From an uncultured Gammaproteobacteria bacterium (GTDB taxonomy: Bacteria > Pseudomonadota > Gammaproteobacteria > CAYGNG01): a DNA stretch of 64,000 nucleotides. The notes beneath the pieces are model-generated. The model had not been told where the DNA came from, did no database searches, and worked only from the letters and a program-made list of their open reading frames with translations. The stretch covers positions 886 to 64,885 of the forward strand of contig CAYGNG010000011.1 of the NCBI GenBank assembly GCA_964351225.1. Direction: 5' to 3'. Position 1 is the stretch's first letter, and the number at the start of each line of letters is the position of its first letter. Of this stretch, positions 42,118 through 52,902 are shown piece after piece. The translations under genes and the position numbers were made by a program.

Positions 42118-43227
42118 ATGGGTTATATGGGATTCCTGGTTGTTAAGGCATTAAATTTTCGTAATTTCACGTCTTTTTCCATTACGCCGTCGGCATCATT
42201 AAATATTATTACCGGACAAAACGGCAGCGGTAAAACGAGCCTTTTAGAATCACTCTATGTCTTAGGAATGGGAAAATCTTTCCGAAACAAAGCCATTAGC
42301 CGGGTTGTACAGCATGAAAAGCAACAGCTGTCGCTATTTGCTCACTTTCAAAGCGCAACCGGAAGGACCCTGGCTATCGGGGTGGAAAAATCGAAGCAAG
42401 AGGGACAAACCATTCGAATAGACGGTGAAAACGCCAATTCGATTGCTGAGGTCACCCAGTATCTACCCATACAACTGATTAATCCCGATGGTTATAAATT
42501 ATTAGAGTCTGGCCCCAAGTATCGGCGACAATTTATGGATTGGGGGGTGTTCCACGTGGAACATTGCTTTTATGATAAGTGGAAACGGTTACAGCGTTGC
42601 CTCGCGCAACGCAACGCGGCGTTAAAAGATCCGACACAAAGAGCCCTTGCTAAAAGCTGGGATCCGGAGTTTATTCGACTAGCAGATGACATTGATGCCA
42701 TGCGGCAGCGCTATGTGGCACAGTTTTCTGTCATTTTCCAAGATATTTTGCGACAGCTTATCGATATCCCAGGGGTGGCGATGCAATATGCCCGAGGGTG
42801 GCAGGAACAGCAGCCTTTGGAAGCGGTGCTCAAGACGTCGTTTTCCAAAGATCTGGCGTATGGCTACACCCTTTACGGACCACAACGCGCCGATTTAATT
42901 TTGACGGTGGCGGGCCGCTCGGTATTGGATGTGTTGTCTCGAGGCCAACAGAAAATACTAATTTGTGCTTTGCGGTTGGCCCAAGGGTTATTATTAAAAC
43001 AGAGTAATGGTAAAAACTGTATTTATTTACTGGACGATCTGGCTTCCGAGCTGGATGATAAGCGGCGTGGGCAGATTTTCCATTATTTGTCGCAACTGCA
43101 AGCACAAGTATTTGTAACCGGGATAGAAAGAAGGGATCTTCAGCCGTTAATCGATTTATATCCGCATAAGTTGTTCCACGTGGAACAAGGCGACATTCGC
43201 GAGCTGGCTGCAACGCCCGCCGATTAA
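42118..43227 (+). CDS. recF: DNA replication and repair protein RecF. The true start is probably the ATG at 42127.
   Basis: GQNGSGKTSLLE Walker A. LLDDLASELD signature / Walker B. Confidence 0.93.
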   Translation: MGYMGFLVVKALNFRNFTSFSITPSASLNIITGQNGSGKTSLLESLYVLGMGKSFRNKAISRVVQHEKQQLSLFAHFQSATGRTLAIGVEKSKQEGQTIRIDGENANSIAEVTQYLPIQLINPDGYKLLESGPKYRRQFMDWGVFHVEHCFYDKWKRLQRCLAQRNAALKDPTQRALAKSWDPEFIRLADDIDAMRQRYVAQFSVIFQDILRQLIDIPGVAMQYARGWQEQQPLEAVLKTSFSKDLAYGYTLYGPQRADLILTVAGRSVLDVLSRGQQKILICALRLAQGLLLKQSNGKNCIYLLDDLASELDDKRRGQIFHYLSQLQAQVFVTGIERRDLQPLIDLYPHKLFHVEQGDIRELAATPAD

Positions 43228-43313
43228 AAAAAGTGGCTAATTCGGGCTGACAACAGACCTTAAGGCAAGCAATGTAGTCTATACTTTTATGGTCGGTCTT
43301 AACGTTCGCGAGG

Positions 43314-44324
43314 ATGGATCAAGTGGGCGAAGAAGAAAATAAATATCATTCGTTTCTGCAACAACAACTACAAGAGGCTGGGCTTCTAAACCCAAATCAG
43401 CTGCCAAGCGCAACCCAATGGCGCGCGTTTCTCGCCCGCGTTGATAGTACGTATCTCGATTACGATCGTGAAAAACACCTAAATAAACAGTCAATTGAGG
43501 TGTCGACTCGGGAAATGCACGATCTTTATAGTAAACTAAGAAGCGACCGCGATAAGTTACAGTCCTTGACGGAAGAGCTGCAATTAAACGAAGTGGCATT
43601 AAAACACAACACCCAACAATTACAAAAAAGCAATGAATATCTCGAGCAATTTGCTTTTATTGCGTCGCACGACTTAAAAGAACCCTTACGAAAGATTGAA
43701 ACCTTTGCCTCACTCCTTGTGGAAGAGTGTGGTAGTCAGTTGAACGACGATGGCAAAGAAATGATTGCGCGGCTACAACAGGCGGTACAGCGGATGCGGG
43801 GGTTAATCGAAGGATTGCTTTCCTTTTCCCGAATATCTCGCAGCAAAGATCCTTTGGTTCCGGTGGATCTTAATCTGGTCCTCAATGTGGTAAAAGAGGA
43901 TTTGGCGGTGGGTATTTTAGAGAAAAATGCGACGCTGACGATTGCCCCTGATTTACCCGTTATCCCAGGGACAGAGGCTCAGCTGCACCAATTGTTTTTA
44001 AATTTAATTGCCAATGCCATTAAGTTTACGCCGGAAGATCGGTTGCCGGAGGTGAAAGTTTATTATCAACTTCTTCCGGAGTCCAATAAGGTCAAGATCA
44101 CCGTTGAAGACAACGGGATAGGGATTGACCCTCAGTACCACGATCAAATTTTCCAAATATTCAAGAGACTGCATGGCAGAACCCGTTATGAAGGGCATGG
44201 TATTGGTTTGGCGCTGTGCCAAGAAATCGTGACTCGCCACGCGGGTTGTATTCAAGTCGAGAGCAAGCTCGATCACGGCACCCAGTTTCATATTCTTTTA
44301 CCACTGGAAAGGAAGCAACCATAA
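43314..44324 (+). CDS. Soluble (no transmembrane segment) histidine kinase: coiled-coil - HisKA - HATPase_c
   Basis: H-box FIASHDLKEPLRKI. N-box LIANAIKFT. G-boxes DNGIGI and GHGIGL. No hydrophobic segment and no receiver domain. Confidence 0.85.
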   Translation: MDQVGEEENKYHSFLQQQLQEAGLLNPNQLPSATQWRAFLARVDSTYLDYDREKHLNKQSIEVSTREMHDLYSKLRSDRDKLQSLTEELQLNEVALKHNTQQLQKSNEYLEQFAFIASHDLKEPLRKIETFASLLVEECGSQLNDDGKEMIARLQQAVQRMRGLIEGLLSFSRISRSKDPLVPVDLNLVLNVVKEDLAVGILEKNATLTIAPDLPVIPGTEAQLHQLFLNLIANAIKFTPEDRLPEVKVYYQLLPESNKVKITVEDNGIGIDPQYHDQIFQIFKRLHGRTRYEGHGIGLALCQEIVTRHAGCIQVESKLDHGTQFHILLPLERKQP

Positions 44325-44414
44325 CCACTGTTCTTTTTTAAACCAACCCGACGGTGCGTAAGGAATGGGTTGCTTTTAGGATTTTGACGCCGGGCAAGAC
44401 AAAGCCTTCGCCTT

Positions 44415-44579
44415 CGCGCCTATTTACAATTACTTTTTGGGGCTGCAAATGCCGCTCTCTTTGTCTCTCAGTCATCGTTTGATCTCGTCAAATAGGAGTC
44501 ACTATTCTCCTCGCTCAAACGATGATTGCGACAAATTATCGACATTTTCGCTCCGGAAAAGCAATTGTAAACAGACCCT
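44415..44579 (+). repeat. MITE-like element, full copy 1 (about 165 bp, about 27-bp TIRs)
   Basis: Near-identical to 49898-50059. The ends ...tatttacaattactttttgggg and gcaattgtaaacagaccct are imperfect inverted repeats of each other. Confidence 0.75.
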
Positions 44580-44711
44580 AATTAATCAAACAAAGTTTGG
44601 ATTTGGTGGTATAATATCTAGCACTTTATTACTGTTTTTTGTCATCGCATTTGTCTGGCTAAAAACAAATTTTTTACCAAGATAAAGACCTTGCACCAGC
44701 ATGTGGAGTAA

Positions 44712-47132
<2,421 letters not shown>

Positions 47133-47209
47133 TGGTGTTACTTGTTTCACTGCCGTCATGATCGCGTCATCGCGCCGAGCGCCACTTTCATCATGGCGAG
47201 AAGCGAAGT

Positions 47210-47247
47210 GACGCGGTAATCCAGCCCAAGGCATGGATTGCCGCGTC
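47210..47247. terminator. 13-bp stem hairpin between the convergent genes gyrB and the 2H phosphoesterase gene
   Basis: gacgcggtaatcc / ggattgccgcgtc (one mismatch) with a 12-nt loop. There is no U-tract, so it may be a REP-like element or a bidirectional terminator. Confidence 0.35.
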
Positions 47248-47311
47248 GCGCTGCGCACGCCTCGCAATGACAGAGAGGGCATTGCGTCCGCGCGCATAAA
47301 AACAACCGGCT

Positions 47312-48022
47312 TTAAGGCTTCATTCCTGACGCAGAATCGTTGGTTGTCGTGTAGAGATATTTCGTTGCCACTGCGGCGATAGCGACAAGGCCAGCAGCGG
47401 TAGCAAAGAACAAGGATTTGTTGGTGAAAGTTGGTGATACGGTGCTTTTCGCGACTTCCTGTTTTTCCTGGCTTTGTTGATTGAGATCAATTTTTAAGAG
47501 CGGATCGGCCCGTCCGGTTGGTTTATAGTCAATGCGCTTAACGCGAATCGTTTCCCCAACTAACCTTTCAGCCAGCTCGCGGGCTTGTTCGGTTTTACCA
47601 ACCGTAACATGTGCGATAGTTCTTTGAATCGGCGTGTTTTGTTCGTTGGTCGTGGCTTCGCCTTCTGGGTGCGCGAAATGGTATATAATGCCATTTTGTT
47701 CAGCGGTGGTGATGCCATCCAGCAGGCGGCTTAATTGGCTGCGACAATCTCCTTTTATTTCGAGCTCTAGACCAAATAAAGTGCCACCTGCAAGTTTTGC
47801 AACACCGCTGACGGTAAACTCGGCATTTTGCGAACAGATAATACGTTGCAAATCGGGTAATATTTTCTCAACCGCAGCGGTTTGATCCGTGTCAGTGCAC
47901 GCGAGAGTAAAGTGTGCATGATCTTTCACTGCAGCAATTTCCGCCCCGACTTTGGTTTCCGGATCCACTAAACAGCGCAGGGTGTGAGTCGGCGGCATCG
48001 GCATCGGTTCTTTAAACGACAT
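47312..48022 (-). CDS. 2H phosphoesterase (LigT / cyclic phosphodiesterase-like) with a C-terminal transmembrane anchor
   Basis: Two H-x-T-x motifs (HFTLAC and HVTVGK) about 105 aa apart. C-terminal hydrophobic helix LFFATAAGLVAIAAVATKYLY. The start at ATG 48022 (MSFKEPMP) is preferred over the upstream ORF-track start at 48202. Confidence 0.6.
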   Translation of the reverse strand: MSFKEPMPMPPTHTLRCLVDPETKVGAEIAAVKDHAHFTLACTDTDQTAAVEKILPDLQRIICSQNAEFTVSGVAKLAGGTLFGLELEIKGDCRSQLSRLLDGITTAEQNGIIYHFAHPEGEATTNEQNTPIQRTIAHVTVGKTEQARELAERLVGETIRVKRIDYKPTGRADPLLKIDLNQQSQEKQEVAKSTVSPTFTNKSLFFATAAGLVAIAAVATKYLYTTTNDSASGMKP

Positions 48023-48221
48023 ATGTTTTTTCCTTTTACAAAATTTACAAAAACGAAGTAACGCGGCGTATTCGTCGTGAATTTGTCCGCGCAATAGACA
48101 CTCAGGTTGTAAGCTCCGGGTTGAGCACGTGTGTGCCTTGAAAAGAGGAGTATATCTATTATGAACCAGGTTTGTTAGTATTTCTGTAATTATTTGCTTC
48201 ATTTTTATTACGGAGTGATGA

Positions 48222-48908
48222 ATGTCTCAATACGATTCGGATCCGCCAGAGACGCCTGATGAAGAAGTTAACGTTTGGTTGAATATCTGGAATGAGCCAA
48301 GCGCAGTCTTTGAAAAGTTAATGTATGAAATGAAGATAATGCCCATCTTTATTATTATCTTGTCCTATGGGTCGGCGTTGTACATCAATAAAATGTGCAA
48401 AGCCTTTTTTATTGAGATGAGTGGCGTGCCCGCTGCCGCGCTTAATGAAAGCGTGAATCAAATTGCCTTAGATGTTGCTCTAGCCAGCGCGGCTGGGTTT
48501 GGCGGTATGGTGGTGTTTACGTTGGTGGCTTCTGCGCTGGTAAAATTTATCTCTGGGCTGTTAGGGGGCGAGGCCTCCTATCAAAAAATCCATACAGTTG
48601 TCACCGTTTCTTATATTCCACAAATTTATTTGCTCTTATTTACGGCAATTTATTATTGTGTCGTTAGCGAGTTTACCAATGGCGCTGCCGTAGCGGCCGA
48701 TTTTTTATTACATCCGGAAAATATTTTTGGCCACTTTTTCCTATTAATGCTGTGGGTGGGGGTCGCTTTGTTTCGCTTTGTGGTGCTCTGCATCGGAATA
48801 ACGATTGCCAATGAGTTTAATAATAACCTATACGGCTTTATTACCATCGCGGGTGCGACCATGATTTCATGGATTGGTGTTTCTACGGTTGCGGTTTTGT
48901 TCCAATGA
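48222..48908 (+). CDS. Polytopic membrane protein, Yip1-like (paralog 1)
   Basis: Five hydrophobic helices. It shares the N-terminal motif W(L)NIW..P.AVFEK with the next gene. Confidence 0.55.
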   Translation: MSQYDSDPPETPDEEVNVWLNIWNEPSAVFEKLMYEMKIMPIFIIILSYGSALYINKMCKAFFIEMSGVPAAALNESVNQIALDVALASAAGFGGMVVFTLVASALVKFISGLLGGEASYQKIHTVVTVSYIPQIYLLLFTAIYYCVVSEFTNGAAVAADFLLHPENIFGHFFLLMLWVGVALFRFVVLCIGITIANEFNNNLYGFITIAGATMISWIGVSTVAVLFQ

Positions 48909-48963
48909 TACCAGGGGTGGTGGATTGCTTGTTTGCGAACAATAGATTAAGTTTTCCAAAGGG

Positions 48964-49740
48964 GTGCCGAAAAAAAGGAAATGGGGGAAGCAACCGGTAG
49001 CGGTTGTTTTAAAGCCAATGACGAGCAAGGAGGGGGATCCAATGGAGCCCGACAAATCGCAAACGGAAAAAAAATCTTGTTGTAATATGGTGTGCGCCAA
49101 AGAATGTAAGTGGCTGTCTATTTGGGTGAAGCCGCGCGCGGTATTTGAAAAAATAAATCAAGAAGGCAATTGGAAGCATTTTTGGAAAATCGCTTTGGTT
49201 TATTTGGTGGTGCTGTGTGTGTACACACTGTGTATGGCCCATTTCGGGAAAGCCGCGGATGGCGATCACGATAAATACCAAATGATGCTGGAGTCATTTT
49301 CTAGTATCGTTATGATAGCGATGGCCTTGCTCCTTTTCCTGGTAACCCTTGCGATGTGGACAATTAACGCAGCCTGTTTGATGATGACAGGGCGCTGGTT
49401 GGGTGGTCGTGCCAGCTATCTCAAAAATGCATTAGTGGTTGCGGTTAGCACCATCCCGTACGTCGAAATGATGTTGTTAGAAGCGCTGTTAGTAACACTT
49501 GCGACATGGCTTGGTGTTTCGGCCATTGTTGGGATGGTGAGTCTGTTTGCGTTTTTAGCAAACGTGTATGTGTTTGTTTTCACGATTGTTGCCATCTCCA
49601 AAGGGTTAGCCGTTATTAATGATTACCCCTCGGCTTGGCGCGGTTTCGGCAATTATTTGTTAGGGTTTGTTTTCTTTGCCTTGATTTTTATCGTGCTTGG
49701 CGTGATCAGCGCGATGATTATTCCTTCTTTTATTCACTAG
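48964..49740 (+). CDS. Polytopic membrane protein, Yip1-like (paralog 2). The start is uncertain.
   Basis: CKWLSIWVKPRAVFEKI is shared with paralog 1. Multiple transmembrane helices. Confidence 0.55.
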   Translation: MPKKRKWGKQPVAVVLKPMTSKEGDPMEPDKSQTEKKSCCNMVCAKECKWLSIWVKPRAVFEKINQEGNWKHFWKIALVYLVVLCVYTLCMAHFGKAADGDHDKYQMMLESFSSIVMIAMALLLFLVTLAMWTINAACLMMTGRWLGGRASYLKNALVVAVSTIPYVEMMLLEALLVTLATWLGVSAIVGMVSLFAFLANVYVFVFTIVAISKGLAVINDYPSAWRGFGNYLLGFVFFALIFIVLGVISAMIIPSFIH

Positions 49741-49897
49741 GGATTGGTTGACATTTGCAGCCGAAAAAGCAAGTGGCAACAGGCCCTCATCGTCTTGGAG
49801 TGGGTTTGCGTTTATAGCGCGAATCCACTTTCATTATGAGCCAGGCTTTGTTTTGAAAATAGACACACGGTGTTGCTTTTTTGTTATTGCGTTGTTA

Positions 49898-50059
49898 GGA
49901 TCTGTCTACAATTACTTTTTGGGGCTGCAAATGCCGCTCTCTTTGTCTCAATCATCGTTTGATCTCGTCAAATAGGAGTCACTATTCTCCTCGCGCAAAC
50001 GATGATTGCGACAACTTATCGACATTTTCGCTCCGAAAAAGCAATTGTAAACAGACCCT
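49898..50059 (+). repeat. MITE-like element, full copy 2
   Basis: aggatctgtctacaattactttttggggctgcaaatgccgctctctttgtc ... gcaattgtaaacagaccct. About 90% identical to copy 1. Confidence 0.75.
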
Positions 50060-50213
50060 ATCTTTCATCACACGTTTGCTAGTAAATTCTTACAGGAGAA
50101 AAAATGTTACCCAACGACGCGCCTAAAAATAATAGTGACTCAGCTGGTGTTGATGAAGACATTAAGCTGCTTAATCAGCCTACGATCGTTCGTTTGACAA
50201 TGACGACCATGAA

Positions 50214-50616
50214 GCCAATGACGGGTATGAAGCGCAACTGGTGCAAATGATTAACACGGAGCGCTTCCGTCGCGATCAGCTTACGGGTCATAATTTGAGA
50301 TTATTGCAACACATGGCTGCTATTAAAAAAATGCTGTCCTTAAGCGGTGGGCAGGAGATTACGTTTTGCACATGGGTTCGCTTACCTTTACATCACGGGG
50401 CAGGGGGCCAGAGGTTGCCGCCGGGCTGTTTGATAGAGTTTCAAGGGAGATGATGAAAAAACAACTTCTTCAAGCGAGCAATAATGATGAAGAAGCAAAA
50501 AGCGCTGCTTCTGCATCAGCAGATAGCGCTTCTTTTTCCTGATACTCCCCCACACGCTTGGGGCCCCACCCATCGTTCGTTGTGCGATGCGTGGGGCTAT
50601 ATAGATTAAGGCCTAG
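50214..50616 (+). repeat. Direct repeat A (403 bp) flanking the ATPase cassette. It carries a pair of small overlapping ORFs and a hairpin.
   Basis: Near-identical to 52503-52902, with a few substitutions and a 3-nt indel. Contains a 70-aa ORF, then an ATGA-overlapped ~30-aa acidic/Ser-rich ORF (MMKKQLLQASNNDEEAK...), then the stem ccccacccatcg / cgatgcgtgggg. Confidence 0.8.
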
Positions 50617-50865
50617 CACCCTGTTAAAAAGTTTTTGTGCCTTGATTAATTAGGAGAAAATGAGAGAATACTCACTTTTTGAATAAGTAAGTATCAATGA
50701 GCGGAAATGGAATTCAAATTCGGTTAACGAAAAAAGATTTATTGGTAATCAAAGAATATTTAAAGTACTAAGCGCCTCGGGTGATTAGAAGATGTAATAT
50801 TTTAAATGCACTTAATCTTGGGTATGGGGTTATTGAAGATATTGACCGTGATTTTTAATCCAGCA

Positions 50866-52308
50866 TCACCATCGGCTTTCTAAAAGTTCGGAAAAATCAA
50901 TTACCTTAAAAAAATAATTTTTGTCAAGAACAGCATCCTGTACACCGTTAACATGTATTAATACAGGAAGACAGGAAAAACCTCGGGGAAGACTTAAGTT
51001 AGATAATTTTTTTTTCATTTCATTAATGATATCAAGCTTTATCTCATTTCTACTGAACTTAATCTCACAGGCATATAAGGTTGCTGTTTTGGTTTGGACA
51101 AGATAATCAATTTGGCATCCTTTTGTTTTGGTTGTGGATCTTTGAAAAAAAGGACCATCTATTTCAACATCGTCATGATCGATATTTAAAATGCCATGAA
51201 TAATTTCTCTGTTAGATAGGACTAAATTTTCAAATTGCAAGCCTATAATACTAGACCAGCCTACGAGATTAGAAAGAGAGGAGACCTTATGCTTTCTGAT
51301 TTTTATTGTATTTATATGTGTTTTAATATATTTAAGATAAAATCTCATGTAATTATCAGATAATCTATAGCGACTTAACTTAGATGTTTTTTTATTTTTA
51401 ATATGCCATGTATAATCTCGAGTAATAAAACCGGCTGAAATTAAGTTATCAAGATACTCACTAAAGTCCCCGCCGGGCACTCTCTTTAGCTTTTCGGCAA
51501 TTTCTTGCCTTTCCATTGGTGAACGAATCAAGGCTACTACAATTTTCTTATAAATGTCTGCTTCAGATGAGATTGAATCATAAAATATTTGATCAAACTC
51601 ATTAAACAATATACCGCTTTCATGAAAACACATTTTATTGATATTATTATCAATACTGGTATTTTCTTGCCATTCTTCTAAATATCTTGGTATGCCCCCA
51701 CATATAGCTAAGAATTTAAATTTATCATATGAAGACAGTTGAGATGATCTTTCATTAAAGAATTGGTCACACCTATTTAATGGAAGCTCGTTTAAGGTAA
51801 TCTGTAAAGAAATTCGTCCGACAAACCCAGTATTGGATAATATATTTTTCTGTATCCAGATGGATACGGAACCACATAGTATCAGAATCAATTCGTTATT
51901 TTTTTTAAAACAAGTATCCCATACCGTTTTTAGTTTTCCTAGAAAATCTGGGTCTTTAGACCCCATCCATGATATTTCATCAAATAATATAATTGCCCTT
52001 CCTTTTTTTGTTCTTTCCGCAAGAAACCATAGCATATCCCACCAATCATTGCTTTCAATGTTGGTTTTTTTGAAATGTTTAGTTAGTTGTTTCAGGAAGG
52101 CGTTCCTTTCTGACATGTCAGAGGTTTTTTCATGGGGCGGAATCCCTGAAAAACTATAGAAGGAATGCTTTTTAGCGAATTCTTCCACTAGACGACTTTT
52201 CCCTATTCGCCGCCGTCCTTTTATAACAACCAAGCTCGCAGATTTTTTGGCAAGCAAACTATTCAATATTTTTAATTCATATTCACGGCCTATAAAATCT
52301 GGCATCAC
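50866..52308 (-). CDS. AAA+ ATPase of the archaeal-ATPase / DUF4143 (DUF234)-like family, in a low-GC insert
   Basis: Walker A GRRRIGKS, Walker B ILFDEISW, 480 aa. The local sequence looks markedly more AT-rich (roughly 30-35% GC) than the flanks. Confidence 0.8.
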   Translation of the reverse strand: MMPDFIGREYELKILNSLLAKKSASLVVIKGRRRIGKSRLVEEFAKKHSFYSFSGIPPHEKTSDMSERNAFLKQLTKHFKKTNIESNDWWDMLWFLAERTKKGRAIILFDEISWMGSKDPDFLGKLKTVWDTCFKKNNELILILCGSVSIWIQKNILSNTGFVGRISLQITLNELPLNRCDQFFNERSSQLSSYDKFKFLAICGGIPRYLEEWQENTSIDNNINKMCFHESGILFNEFDQIFYDSISSEADIYKKIVVALIRSPMERQEIAEKLKRVPGGDFSEYLDNLISAGFITRDYTWHIKNKKTSKLSRYRLSDNYMRFYLKYIKTHINTIKIRKHKVSSLSNLVGWSSIIGLQFENLVLSNREIIHGILNIDHDDVEIDGPFFQRSTTKTKGCQIDYLVQTKTATLYACEIKFSRNEIKLDIINEMKKKLSNLSLPRGFSCLPVLIHVNGVQDAVLDKNYFFKVIDFSELLESRW

Positions 52309-52502
52309 ATAATCCTCATAAGTCCCCGATAACAGAACAATATCTTTTTGCGGGGGCTTATGTCAAGTGTCGTGTCTTTGCTGTAGGGGCTGTGCGATAT
52401 AAAAGTAAGTAGCGTAACGCTCTGCTTTTTCATCATGCATTTTTTCTTTTTAGCAATGGTAACTACTCGGGCCCTTTGGGCGCTAAGGCATTGCCAGCAA
52501 GT

Positions 52503-52902
52503 GCCAATGACGGGTATGAAGCGCAACTGGTGCAAATGATTAACACGGGGCGCTTCCGTCGCGATCAGCTTACGGGTCATAATTTGAGATTATTGCAACA
52601 CATGGCTGCTATTAAAAAAATGCTGTCCTTAAGCGGTGGGCAGGAGATTACGTTTTGCACATGGGTTCGCTTACCTTTACATCACGGGGCAGGGGGCCAG
52701 AGGTTGCCGCCGGGCTGTTTGATAGAGTTTCAAGGGAGATGATGAAAAAACAACTTCTTCAAGCGAGCAATAATGATGAAGAAGCAAAAAGCGCTGCTTC
52801 TGCATCAGCGGATAGCGCTTCTTTTTCCTGATACTCCCCCACACGCTAGCCCCACCCATCGTTCGTTGTGCGATGCGTGGGGCTATATAGATTAAGGCCT
52901 AG
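52503..52902 (+). repeat. Direct repeat B (400 bp)
   Basis: See repeat A. It carries an 88-aa version of the first small ORF (52476-52742). The stop codon of the convergent 512-aa gene (cta 52899-52901) lies in its last bases. Confidence 0.8.

Noticed and set aside
43279-43599. 106-aa minus-strand ORF overlapping the histidine-kinase start
   Set aside because: It is antisense to a well-supported kinase N-terminus and has no motifs.
44437-44685. Small ORFs inside the MITE copies (also 49748-49975)
   Set aside because: They are encoded by the repeat element itself and differ in frame and length between copies. They are more likely structural repeat sequence than genes.
50104-50250. 49-aa ORF (MLPNDAPKNNSDSAGVDEDIKLLNQ...) running into direct repeat A
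   Set aside because: It is too short, unsupported, and its frame is not conserved in repeat B.
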